NCBI GenBank assembly: GCA_963663405.2
Contig: CAXXSM010000006.1
Coordinates: forward strand, 1 to 40,835
Reading direction: 5' to 3'
Source of the DNA: a bacterium
GTDB lineage: Bacteria; Hinthialibacterota; Hinthialibacteria; Hinthialibacterales; Hinthialibacteraceae
DNA length: 40,835 nt
Shown in pieces: positions 8,755-18,740 of the stretch. Position 1 is the stretch's first letter. The number at the start of each line of letters is the position of its first letter. The notes under the pieces were generated by a model. The model was not told the origin of the DNA and searched no databases. It saw only the letters and a list, made by a program, of their open reading frames with translations. The translations under genes were made by a program, and so were the position numbers.

Positions 8755-9617
8755 ACCAACTCTGTCCTTAAGACAATCTTGATTTCTCTTGGCGGTATGC
8801 TTTTGCATACGGGAAGGTTCGGATATTTATTACTCAGAATTTCATGGATTCAGGATAGTGAACGTCCAGGTTGACCTGATCAAGCCTGATAACTATTCGA
8901 CGCTTCAAACGATACTCATACAAAAGCCTCTAAATGAATGCAGACTTGTAAAGCCAAAAACCAGAGCAACCAAAGCACGAATCCAAACCGAAACAAAAGG
9001 ACGTTCCCCCCCCACACCCGCTCCCGGGGCCGCAAACTTTCGAGCGACACACTCCAGGCCTGGATCCCGGACCAAACGGGGGGTACGGGGGGAAAATGAA
9101 TGGCCCGGGAGCGAACTCGACATACTGTCAGGGTCGTTTTTTGAGGAAATTTTTACCGCCTAGAAGATATCAAAAAATTCTCTGTAGGGTAAATCCTATT
9201 ATTTCCGATTGTTACAGAGGTGTTTCAGATTGGCTGGTTGAAAGCGGAAGTCATCAAGAAATATGCCGGGGTGATTGAGTAAGCGGCGACCGATCCGGAC
9301 AATCCGAAAGCATTGATTCACCTGTGAACAATACGGGATTTTCTCGATGAGCCGAGAGACGCCGTGATTGAAGGGGAGGTGAAAGCGATTTCTACGTCAT
9401 AGTTATTTTTTTTACTCTTTGAAAATATGATTCCATTATGCTATTCTGTTTTGAGAAAAATCGAATTTGGACGAAGCGGCTCCGCCGCAGAGTGTCGTAC
9501 GCCGAATTTTCTAGTTGAACAATCCCCTTGCGAAATCTCCTGAGTTGTCATGTATTTCTTCTGAGAAGGCAGTGGCTGTAAGACTGCCAACCACTACTTA
9601 TTTACAGGAGAAAGATC

Positions 9618-10465
9618 ATGAAATCATTACGGAAACGCATGATCGAAGACATGACGTTAGCAGGACTGAGCGAAGGCACGCAAAAAGCATACGTCCGAGC
9701 CGTCGCCTCATTCGCTCTAGAATTTGATTGCTCGCCAGAATGCATTAGCGAGGAACTCGTCCGGATCTATTTACTGAATTTGCGAGACATGAAGAAAGTC
9801 GCTCTCGGAACGTTTCAGGTCCACTACAGCGCGCTGAAATTTCTCTATCAAACCACGCTGGATCTTGGGTGGCCGTTGTTTGCAAAAAAAAGATTCGTAA
9901 GCCTCGCCAAAAGCGCCTGCCGCATTCATTAACCCATTCCCAAGTTCGCGCCCTCCTGGCCGCCGTCAGGAAAACGCCCTACCGGTTGGCTCTAACGTTG
10001 ATGTATGCGTGCGGCCTTCGGACCAGTGAAGTCATCTCTCTTCCGGTGCGGCAGATCGATTCCAACCAAATGAGTTTACGGATTATTGGGAAGGGCGATA
10101 AAGAGCGAATCGTTCCTCTCCCGGACACCTTGTTGGAGCCGATGCGTGAACTCTGGTTGATGCATCGCCATCCCACCTGGCTATTCCCCAACCAACAAGG
10201 CTCCAACCACATTCCCTCATCGACACTCGGCAAAGCGTTTCGCTTGGCCTGTAACGCTACCGGGCTGACAGACGATGTGAAGCCGCATTCGATGCGTCAT
10301 TCGTTTGCCAGCAGATTGCTGGAGAACGGCGAAAGCCTGCGCGTTGTCCAGATTCTTCTCGGCCATTCCAGTATTCGTTCGACGCAAATCTACACCCATT
10401 TGACTGAGCCGCTTCGTCACGAGGTTCAGGAACGTATCAACACCGTGTTCGCTGATCTGATGTGA
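9618..10465 (+). CDS. Tyrosine recombinase split across two frames at an A8 run (N-terminal SAM-like 9618-9932; catalytic part ends 10465)
   Basis: LRKRMIEDMTLAGLSEGTQKAY; YACGLRTSE, GKGDKER, PHSMRHSFA, LGHSSIRSTQIY; -1 shift at 9884-9891. Confidence 0.85.
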
Positions 10466-10474
10466 GAGGGAATC

Positions 10475-11641
10475 ATGAATCGGACATCATCGAACCTCGA
10501 ACTCGGCGATGTGGTTCGCCGGTTTGGCCCGGCTTACATCAAAAAGAAAGGCAAGCGTCTCTTACCGTCGCAACGCAAAGCGCTGCACGATATCATGGCC
10601 TGCCATACGGCGGAACTAGGGGGGCATCGGTATCACTGTCAGGACTGCGGCGAAAACTTCTGGGTGTATCACGGGTGTGGCAATCGATCCTGTCCGTCCT
10701 GTCATTCCCAGGCGATGCGGAAATGGATCGAGAAGCGGGAAGACCAGATGCTTGGCTGCCGTTACTTTCATGTGATCGTGACAGTTCCCCAGCCCATTCG
10801 AGCGGCCTTTTTGGCTCATCAAAAGATTCTCTATGGGTTGCTGATGACGACGGTCGCTTCCTGCGTCATGGATCTGATGCGCAATCCAAAAGTCGTTGGC
10901 GGAACCCCGGCGATCCTGGCCGTGCTGCACACTTGGCGAGGGGATCTGGATTTGCATCCGCATGTCCATCTGTTGGTCAGCGCCGGCGCCGTGAGTGAGG
11001 ACGGCGACTCTTGGATAGATTCCCGCCACCCGAAATGGCTCCTCGATGTGGGAACGCTCAGCTTGCTCGTTCGCCGGCGCTTCAAAGAGCGGCTCGAAAA
11101 AGCGGAGCCGGAGATCTTCCGGGAGATCAAGGCCAAAGTCTGGAATAGGGGCTGGAACTCGTTCTGCAAACCGTATGGCAAAGGCGTGAAAGCCATCTTG
11201 AACTACCTGGGACGCTATGTCTATCGCATCGCGATCTCCAACCACCGGCTTCTGGCAATGGACGCTACCCACGTGACGTTCCGCTACAAGACCTTCAAAG
11301 AGAAGCATTGGCGAACTCTCCGCTTGCCGGGCGAAGAATTTCTGCGGCGCTTCGTGATGCATGTGCTCCCCCGCGGCTTCCATAAAGTCCGCTACTATGG
11401 GCTGTGGCATCACTGTCATCGGGACACACGCAATCGAATCCGTTTGCTTCTCGCCCCCAAGGCGGAGAGCGCTCCAATTATTGAAGCGGTCGAGAATTCC
11501 GCCGCTGCAAACGAGAGCAACGACAAAGCAGTATTCGATCGGACCGGTCAAGAACCGGCGCCGGAATGGCCAAAATGTCCGCGCTGTAAAAGCCCGAACG
11601 TGATTATCGTTGAAATTCTCAATCGGAATCGAAGCCCCTGA
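10475..11641 (+). CDS. IS91-family (HUH/Y2) transposase with N-terminal Zn-binding domain
   Basis: CQDC..HGCGNRSCPSC, LHTW...HPHVHLL (HUH), YLGRYVYR (YxxRY), HVLPRGFHKVRYYG. Confidence 0.93.
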   Translation: MNRTSSNLELGDVVRRFGPAYIKKKGKRLLPSQRKALHDIMACHTAELGGHRYHCQDCGENFWVYHGCGNRSCPSCHSQAMRKWIEKREDQMLGCRYFHVIVTVPQPIRAAFLAHQKILYGLLMTTVASCVMDLMRNPKVVGGTPAILAVLHTWRGDLDLHPHVHLLVSAGAVSEDGDSWIDSRHPKWLLDVGTLSLLVRRRFKERLEKAEPEIFREIKAKVWNRGWNSFCKPYGKGVKAILNYLGRYVYRIAISNHRLLAMDATHVTFRYKTFKEKHWRTLRLPGEEFLRRFVMHVLPRGFHKVRYYGLWHHCHRDTRNRIRLLLAPKAESAPIIEAVENSAAANESNDKAVFDRTGQEPAPEWPKCPRCKSPNVIIVEILNRNRSP

Positions 11642-11945
11642 TCGATTCCGATTGTAAGCATCGCGATGGCTATACAAAGAAATTATAACTTTACGCGGGA
11701 AGATTTTTTACTTTTCTTGTCGTGAGGGGATTTCTATAGCTTCAAGATGATTTTCTCTTTCTAAACCATCAACTTCTCTTCCTCAATTAAGCCGTTTCGC
11801 GAATAAATGGCGTGTTATAGGTTCTCACATTCCCCCCGCGCTTCGTCCAATAGAGTTTGTATCTCGGCTTCGCTCGATAAAAACTCCTATCTATTTTCTT
11901 TATATACAATATGATTCATGAAGGCTATTAAACATTGGGGGGAAA

Positions 11946-12624
11946 ATGAATTTTAGCGAGTTTGATAAAAAAATTCCAAAAATCATCGGTGGATCACTTC
12001 TTGGTTTAATTCTTTTTTCTATACTGATTGAATGGGTATCTGATTTATTCTCATCAGCATTTCAATATATTTCCTCTTCATCACTCAACCTGACCATTTT
12101 TTTTCTTATTTCGCTTTTATTATTTACCGTGGCTTTGTCAATTTATTTGCTAATCTCTCTCAAGAATAGGAATAAAGAAATTATAAAAAAGGATCAAGAA
12201 ATTGAATCTCTTAAAAAGATAACAGATACCATTGATGAAGAATTATGGTCTTCTCCTTTAAGAGGTCAATGCAATAATCGTTTGTCTTTAACAGAAAGAA
12301 AAACTCGTTTTATTTCTGTTGTGAATTTGAAAGGTGGAGTCGGTAAAACAACTTTAACAGCAAATTTATCCGCTGCTTTGGCACACAATAATGATTGTAA
12401 TGTCTTGATAATTGATTTGGATTACCAACGCAGTTTAACAAGTCGTTGTGTTGACGATAGCATTTATTCACAACTATATGATGAATCTGACATACACCAT
12501 AGAACGGTCTCATTTCTTCTCGATGATGATACACAGACAACACAAATCATGAATACACTCCTGGAGATGAAAAATGAAAGTCGTGTCAATATACTTCCTT
12601 CTCATGAGTTTTTGGATACGATTG
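11946..12624 (+). pseudogene. Membrane-anchored ParA/Soj-family ATPase, truncated by IS3
   Basis: Two N-terminal hydrophobic helices; NLKGGVGKTT and IDLDYQRSLT; the frame runs into the IS left end at 12625 and no C-terminal half follows the IS. Confidence 0.8.
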
Positions 12625-12702
12625 TGAAGTGCCCCCCAAAATTCGGACAGTGGTTTAAGGTGGAAATCCGCCGAGTCGACAACTTGACTTGGAGGATTGA
12701 TC

Positions 12703-12993
12703 ATGAAGAACAAACGCAACCAATTCAGTGGCGCGTTCAAAGCCAAAGTCGCTCTGAACGCGATCAAGGGAGAGAAAACCCTGTCCGAACTCGCCAGTCT
12801 GCACGAAGTGCATCCGAACCAGATCCGGCAATGGAAAAAGAAAGTCATGGATGAGTTGCCCCATCTCTTTTCCCGCAAGCGCGAGAAAACGGACCGGGAT
12901 CAGGAAGCGCTCATCGATGAGTTGTACAAACAGATCGGCCAGTTGAAAGTGGAACTCGACTGGCTTAAAAAAAAATCTGACCCCTTCGGTTGA
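12703..12993 (+). CDS. IS3 transposase OrfA (HTH)
   Basis: FKAKVALNAIKGEKTLSELA..HPNQIRQWKK; ends at A9 slippery run 12967-12975. Confidence 0.9.
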   Translation: MKNKRNQFSGAFKAKVALNAIKGEKTLSELASLHEVHPNQIRQWKKKVMDELPHLFSRKREKTDRDQEALIDELYKQIGQLKVELDWLKKKSDPFG

Positions 12994-13813
12994 GGTCAAA
13001 CGTTCGTGGATCGATCCGGACCATCCCCACATTTCCATTTCGCGTCAATGCGAACTCGTGGGGCTCTCCCGGTCAGGCTATTACTATCAACCCAAAGGCG
13101 AGACCCGTTACACCATGAGTTTGATGAATATGATCGATGAACAATACACCCAGCATCCGTTCTATGGCGTGCGCCGCATGACCAAGTGGCTTCGGCTTCA
13201 AGGCTGCGCCGTAAACAAAAAACGTGTCAGCCGTTTGATGCGCCGAATGGGTCTGCAGGCGATTTATCCCAAGCCCCGCTTGAGTCAGGGCACGGACGAA
13301 CACAAGAAATATCCCTACCTGCTCAATGGCCTTGCCATCGATCAGCCGAATCAAGTCTGGTGTACGGACATCACGTATATTCGCTTGCGAAGCGGCTTTG
13401 CGTATCTTGTGGCGGTGATGGATTGGTATAGCCGGTACGTGCTGTCATGGCGGCTTTCGAATGCGCTTGAGGTGGAGTTCTGTCTGGAGGCGTTAGACGC
13501 TGCGCTGGGCTTGGCCCAGCCGGCCATCTTCAACAGCGATCAAGGCCGCCAGTTCACCAGCGCGGCGTTCACCGACCGGCTCCTCGCCGCGGGGGTACGG
13601 ATCAGCATGGATAGCCGCGGACGGGTCTTCGATAATATCTTCATTGAACGCTTGTGGCGAACCGTCAAGTATGAAGAGGTCTACCTCAACGACTACACCA
13701 GTTTGAGGGACAGCCGGACGCGTCTGAACGAGTATTTCACGTTCTACAACCGGGAGCGTCTTCACCAAGCGCTCCGCTATCAAACGCCGTATGCGGTCTA
13801 CTGGAACAATTGA
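12990..13813 (+). CDS. IS3 transposase OrfB (DDE/rve), probably fused to OrfA by -1 frameshift; start approximate
   Basis: WCTDITYI, FNSDQGRQFTS, DNIFIERLWRTVKYE. Confidence 0.9.
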
Positions 13814-13862
13814 TGTACGACGTCCCGGCGCCGAACAAAACAAGATTGAAAGGAGAAAACTC

Positions 13863-14036
13863 ATGGCTCGAACAGCAAAATTAAAGCCCCCCCCCTCCGC
13901 CCCCCAGGGGGAACGCGTTTTGATCCAATCCGGTATGAAGACAGCCCCAACAATAAGGGACTCCGTACCGTTTTGTCGCGGGATGGACGCCTCCATGGCC
14001 CGCACTGCCTGTCCGGAGTCCCCGGACAGACTATAG
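13863..14036 (+). CDS. Possible 57-aa passenger ORF inside the IS3
   Basis: AAAGGAGAAAACTC-ATG, a strong RBS, between orfB and IRR. Confidence 0.3.
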   Translation: MARTAKLKPPPSAPQGERVLIQSGMKTAPTIRDSVPFCRGMDASMARTACPESPDRL

Positions 14037-14152
14037 ACGAATCCAGAAATGATGCTATGGTAGGAAGTGATCTTACGAAATGAATCCCATACGACACGGC
14101 GGAAAAACTACCTTAATTCCTCCCCAATTTTGTCCAACGATTGGGGGGCGCC

Positions 14153-16105
14153 TCAATATGTATCCATCATCTTGTTGGAAGGGAGCGGGTAGATTAAATT
14201 ATACCGTCTTCTTAGCGTTAAGTTATCTATAACGAGTGATGATTCCGCGCCGGGGCCGCCGTTTTGGATGATGACGTATATCGGCGTTTCGGGATTCCGA
14301 ACCGTGAAATTTCCGCCAATCATTACGCGCTCAGAACGGGCGTAACTGGTTTCGGGACCGGGAAGTTCCGCGACATTTCGAAACAGCCCCACATTTTGAT
14401 AAGCGTTTGTCATCACGAATGACATTAATCCCCCGCCGCTGTATGGCGTTTCCCGGAACGCTTCCACCTCTCCGATCAGGGTCAAGGGATAGTGCTCCTC
14501 AACGCCGGTCACAATAGTTCCGATATTGGCGGCCATGTTGGTTGGTTCAATACTTATCCTGATGGCGATATCAGTCAGTGATTCAAAGAATGGAATCACG
14601 GCTCCATCCACCTTATTCATGTTGACGATAAGGTTTTCCAACTCTCCTTCGAAAGTTCCATCTACTTCCAGCGTCACCGGTTCACCCAGTTCAAGAGAAG
14701 GAGGTTCCACGATGAGGTTATCAACCCACACAGTTGAGGATAAAGTCGAGAATGGTGAGTTAACTACCTGGACAGCGACTTGCAACTTTCCGGATGGGGG
14801 CGCGTAATAGAGATCGAATCGCCGGTATTCATTGAGTGGAACTTCCGCTTCTGTTAGATTGACATAGGCTAGTTGCCCATCGATGGGGCTGTTCAGCGCA
14901 ATCAACGCTAAAGATACGTTCGATGTTGAGGCTTTAAACTGTCCGGAGATATGCGCCAAACCGTTCACCTCAACCGGTTCGAGAGAGATAATCAAATTCC
15001 CGTTGCCCGGAAACAGATCGACTGACATCCCGTTCCCATCGGTCCCGGTTCCTTCAGGTATATCACCAAACCGGACATTCCCGGATATAAATCCGGCGGG
15101 CGGGTCGGAGACAAGTTGATTGGAAGCGAGGTTACTTCCTTCAAAGGGTTGGTAATATGGAGGCGGGGCTGTTGGTTTTGGCGTAGAAGTAGGAGTAAGA
15201 GTTGGCATTGGTGTTTGTAGTGGTGGATTGGATGTTTCTATAATGGATAAATAGTTTCCTGAATTTTCATTATCAGCCCATTTTCCTTCATAATCATCAT
15301 CATAAATAAAAAAATATTCATCACCATCAGGTTCACCTTCCCTCCAATTGAAATAGGTTGAATCTTCTCCATTCGACCATATGTATTTTCCATCATTCAT
15401 GTATAGACCTATCCATAACTGATTTGTTGATAACAAAGATAAAATATTATCTACAATCCAATCGTTTTCCTCTTTGTTATTTATTGATACCAGATGACCA
15501 CCGTGAGATTTTGCTGCCTCCTCCGCTCCTTCTCTCCCCATTGCCTCTATAAGAACCATATACCCATGCCCATTGGAGGGATTAATAATCCATCCTTGTG
15601 GCGCTGGAGTCGATTCAGGTTGGTTTGTTTTTTCAATGATTGAAGCGTTGATTTGGGAAGATTCTGTATCGTACCAATTCCCCAAATCCTCCGTTTGGTG
15701 TCTATTGATTACCACATAGGGTTGATAATCTGGTTCACCACGACTCCAGTCTGTATAGATTACTGGTTCGCCACTAATCCATTCAAATTTTCCATTATCC
15801 TGAAGGAACAATCCAATCCAGAGCGTGTGCGCAGTTTGAGTATCATATTTCTCACTTGGTATTAAAGTATTGATTATCCAATCATTTTCTTCTTTGTTAT
15901 TAATTGTTACCAAATGACCACCTATAGATTGTGCGTATTCTTCGGCTTGCTCCCATCTTCCAGCTATCCCTCCTAAATCTCCTCTATAAATCATATATTC
16001 ATGTCCGTTTGTGGGATTAATGGTCCATTCTTGTGAATGAACGGAAACTACCACAACAAAACAAAAAACGAGACTCATAACGGTGATAAAGCGCAGCCTT
16101 TTCAT
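14153..16105 (-). CDS. Secreted protein: two C-type lectin domains, Pro/Thr linker, unassigned C-terminal beta-rich domain
   Basis: Start at 16105 (GGAGG RBS, signal peptide MKRLRFITVMSL); twice GGHLVxINNKEENDWI...LWIGL...W..GEPD; stop codon lies in the IS3 IRR. Confidence 0.88.
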   Translation of the reverse strand: MKRLRFITVMSLVFCFVVVVSVHSQEWTINPTNGHEYMIYRGDLGGIAGRWEQAEEYAQSIGGHLVTINNKEENDWIINTLIPSEKYDTQTAHTLWIGLFLQDNGKFEWISGEPVIYTDWSRGEPDYQPYVVINRHQTEDLGNWYDTESSQINASIIEKTNQPESTPAPQGWIINPSNGHGYMVLIEAMGREGAEEAAKSHGGHLVSINNKEENDWIVDNILSLLSTNQLWIGLYMNDGKYIWSNGEDSTYFNWREGEPDGDEYFFIYDDDYEGKWADNENSGNYLSIIETSNPPLQTPMPTLTPTSTPKPTAPPPYYQPFEGSNLASNQLVSDPPAGFISGNVRFGDIPEGTGTDGNGMSVDLFPGNGNLIISLEPVEVNGLAHISGQFKASTSNVSLALIALNSPIDGQLAYVNLTEAEVPLNEYRRFDLYYAPPSGKLQVAVQVVNSPFSTLSSTVWVDNLIVEPPSLELGEPVTLEVDGTFEGELENLIVNMNKVDGAVIPFFESLTDIAIRISIEPTNMAANIGTIVTGVEEHYPLTLIGEVEAFRETPYSGGGLMSFVMTNAYQNVGLFRNVAELPGPETSYARSERVMIGGNFTVRNPETPIYVIIQNGGPGAESSLVIDNLTLRRRYNLIYPLPSNKMMDTY

Positions 16106-16440
16106 GATCCCCTCCCAGTTAATTTGGTAACTAGGTAAATCTAGCATATGTCCAAAAAGGATTTCAAGGGATGGCGGGAACAATTTCTATAGATCGATAG
16201 AAAAATCGGTGCGGTTTAAGATCCAACCTATTCGCTCCCGGTGGATGTGGTATGGTATTCACGGAATAAAATATGGTTTTGGTGGCGCGTGAATATTGAG
16301 TCTCAATCTAAAAAAATTTTGAGCTGCGCGCCGCCGTTTTTTATGTCCATCGGCTAAGCCTTGCCACGCCTATGCGGACTTTTTCAATTTTCCAATAGAA
16401 ACAACATTGGGGAGAAAATGGCCATTTTCATAAGTAAAAA
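16060..16440. repeat. Copy A of a diverged inverted repeat (upstream region + signal peptide of the lectin genes)
   Basis: Reverse complement aligns with ~18210-18740, e.g. TTTTTGGACATATGCTAGATT; CCTATGCGGACTTTTT and ATAGAAACAACATTGGGGAGAAAA are also shared. Confidence 0.85.
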
Positions 16441-16492
16441 TCAACCTTTTCTTCTTTTGATGTTGGGCATTTTCCAATGCTATCATACAACC

Positions 16493-16714
16493 ATGGAAAA
16501 ATCCAACGCCGCGAAACAGAAAATCATCATCGGTCAGCACCGACGGACGCGGGATTGGTTTGGGATTGTGCGGGAAGCGGATGGGAGCCAGTCTAAGCAT
16601 TACGGACCGTTCAAGTCTGCGAAACACGCGGAGGCGGTGATCCGGAAAGTTCGGGGGATTCCGGGTGAAGTTGAGACTGAAGTGATCCCTGCTCCGGAAA
16701 TACGGCATGAGTGA
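16493..16714 (+). CDS. 73-aa hypothetical protein, copy 1
   Basis: Paralogous to the ORF at 22842 (KQKIIIGQHRRT.DWFGIVRE.DGSQSK.YGPFKSAKHAEAVIRK). Confidence 0.65.
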   Translation: MEKSNAAKQKIIIGQHRRTRDWFGIVREADGSQSKHYGPFKSAKHAEAVIRKVRGIPGEVETEVIPAPEIRHE

Positions 16715-17232
16715 ATTTACCAGAGGCTACATCCGCCTTCGTTTGTAGGATTTAATTCTTCATAATCGTAATCGTTTCTATCCTTGTCCAGTTTAATTGC
16801 GCTTTGCTTTGAGAAAAAAAATAACTACATTCATCTTCCGAAAACTCAAAAGAAAATCCCTCGGCTCCCCTTTTGGATCGTGCGCTAACTATCCAATTAC
16901 ACCTCTGCGTGGGATTTTATAAATTTTGCTTCCTTGAAAATAGTACGAAAGATTTTATGGTATAATCAAGAGTTCTTGTATTTGAGGATCGCTTTTTCAG
17001 AGGAATCTGCCTCTGCCTTCCATGTACATAATTCTTTTTGTCAGTGTTCTAATATTTTTAAATGCTATCGTTTTAGCGCCTGAAGTTGGGGAGCGAGAAA
17101 TACAATCGTATTATCCTTTCTATGTAGAAAGGAGGTGATAAAAACACGTACAAGAAGCATCTCACAAAATCCAATATTACGTATCTTTCACTTTGTTTCC
17201 AAATTTTTTTCTGAAAAGGAGATGTAGAAAAA

Positions 17233-17862
17233 ATGACTACAATCAGAATTATAGGGTGCTTATCATTACTCATCTTTGCAACTGGGGCATTCGCGGGCGA
17301 TTTGCTGATTCGTGGTGAGGTTAATGTTCCCGATGGAACCGAGATTAATTTTACCATTCCTCTAAAAGTCCTAGAAGCAATTAAAACCTCCGGTTTAAGC
17401 GCTATGGTAAACGATAAAGAGCATCTAAATGAATTGGTGGATTCTTTAATCGCAGATCTCGCATCGATGAAAGGACGCGACCTGATTGAGATTGAAATGG
17501 ACGGTCATGGAATCTCAGTTGAGGTGGATGAAGTGGACGAAGATCAACCAGAAGAGGCCAATTTCATTCAATTGGATGTCTCGCCTGCTGGAGAAAATGT
17601 TCCTGACATTAAAATCCGTATTCCAAAAGGAATCATCTTCTTATGCACATTTATCTGCAATCAATTCATTGAAATTAATGGAGAAGAATTGTTTGATATG
17701 ATCAAACAGCAGATTAAGATGAACCTTAAACCTCCTATTTCTCAATCAGGCTGCTGCGGAGAATGCAAAGTCTCTAGTTGCCCCAAAGATGATGACGATG
17801 ATGATGATCCAGAAGAACTCGTAATAAAAATCCTTGGTAAAATCTTGAAAGAACTAAAATAA
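17233..17862 (+). CDS. Secreted hypothetical protein with acidic/Cys-rich C-terminus
   Basis: AAAGGAG RBS, signal peptide ending AFA, GCCGECKVSSC and poly-Asp. Confidence 0.75.
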   Translation: MTTIRIIGCLSLLIFATGAFAGDLLIRGEVNVPDGTEINFTIPLKVLEAIKTSGLSAMVNDKEHLNELVDSLIADLASMKGRDLIEIEMDGHGISVEVDEVDEDQPEEANFIQLDVSPAGENVPDIKIRIPKGIIFLCTFICNQFIEINGEELFDMIKQQIKMNLKPPISQSGCCGECKVSSCPKDDDDDDDPEELVIKILGKILKELK

Positions 17863-17913
17863 GGATTGGTTGATTTTTCTCGGATTGGTTGAAAACTGAA
17901 GAGAATGAATTCA

Positions 17914-17950
17914 GTAAGGCAGCCCAAGGCAATGCTTTTGGCCGCCTTAC
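17914..17950 (+). terminator. Hairpin downstream of 17233-17862
   Basis: GTAAGGCAGCC...GGCCGCCTTAC stem; no clear U-tract. Confidence 0.35.
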
Positions 17951-18209
17951 CTGTTCATATATTTAGAACTGAGCATATTTGTTTGCAAATGGCCCACTTA
18001 AGGACTAGCGGATTTATTTGAACAGAAACCAGTGGGTTCGGATTATATCCTACCAAATGCGGCTAATCCCTATACTACCTCTGCACGGGGCGCAGCGAAA
18101 TTTCGGATCATAAATCAGATCGAAAGACTTTCGCTCAAATTGGTAAGGAATTTTGGAGTACATCCGGCGAGCACTGAAATATCTTGATCATGAATTACGG
18201 GGGCGGTTT

Positions 18210-18740
18210 ATCTTATGAAAATGGCCGTTTTAAAGCGTGCTTTACACCTCGTTTTCTCCCCAATGTTGTTTCTATAGGAAAATTAAAAAAAGTCCGCATA
18301 GGTGTGACGAGGGTTGGCCGGTGGGCATAAAAATGCGGCGCGCCGAACAGGATTTCAAAGGTTGAGATTCTTGGTTGGTCGCCAAGACGCGCCGCCAATG
18401 TACAAAACGTGTGTATACATTACAACACTTACCGGCAGCGTATAGGGTGAGTTCAGCGAAAGCCATCGAGCTATGTTAGGGGCCTAAGAAAAACCTCTGT
18501 ATCAGGCGATGGCGAGTTAACGAATGACAAGCCGGATGATTTCACACCACGAGACAATTCCATAGATATTTCCCAGTTTTTCCATCGATCAAAATTAAAA
18601 ATTTTCCAACTATCCCTTGAAAGCGTTTTTGGACATATGCTAGATTACCTACAGTTGTAAAAATAACTGGGAGGCGATCATGGAACGACTGCGCTTCATC
18701 ACCGGTTTGAGTCTCATTTTCTGTTTTACGTTGTCGAGTT
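18210..18740. repeat. Copy B of the inverted repeat
   Basis: See 16060-16440. Confidence 0.85.

Larger units (their letters stand above)
9467..11850 (+). mobile_element. IS91-family element carrying an upstream tyrosine recombinase
   Basis: Integrase plus Y2 transposase in a GC-rich block; 12-bp inverted repeat TTGGACGAAGCG (9467-9478) / CGCTTCGTCCAA (11839-11850); exact ends uncertain. Confidence 0.75.
12625..14155 (+). mobile_element. IS3-family insertion sequence (1531 bp)
   Basis: TG...CA ends; IRL TGAAGTGCCCCCCAAAATTCGGACA vs reverse complement of IRR TGAGGCGCCCCCCAATCGTTGGACA; orfA/orfB; no target-site duplication. Confidence 0.93.

Noticed and set aside
8788-8810. Second sigma-54 promoter (TGGCGGTATGCTTTTGC)
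   Set aside because: GG-GC spacing is 9 or 12, not 10; better read as the palindrome GTATGC-TTTT-GCATAC
8789-9278. ORFs 8789-9163, 8905-9123 and 9096-9278
   Set aside because: No clear RBS or recognisable motifs; they overlap a GC-rich structured non-coding stretch
10616-11677. 353-aa antisense ORF
   Set aside because: Shadow of the GC-rich IS91 transposase
9424-11917. AATATGATTC at 9424 and 11908 as a target duplication
   Set aside because: Not adjacent to the element ends, AT-rich, and IS91-type elements do not make target duplications
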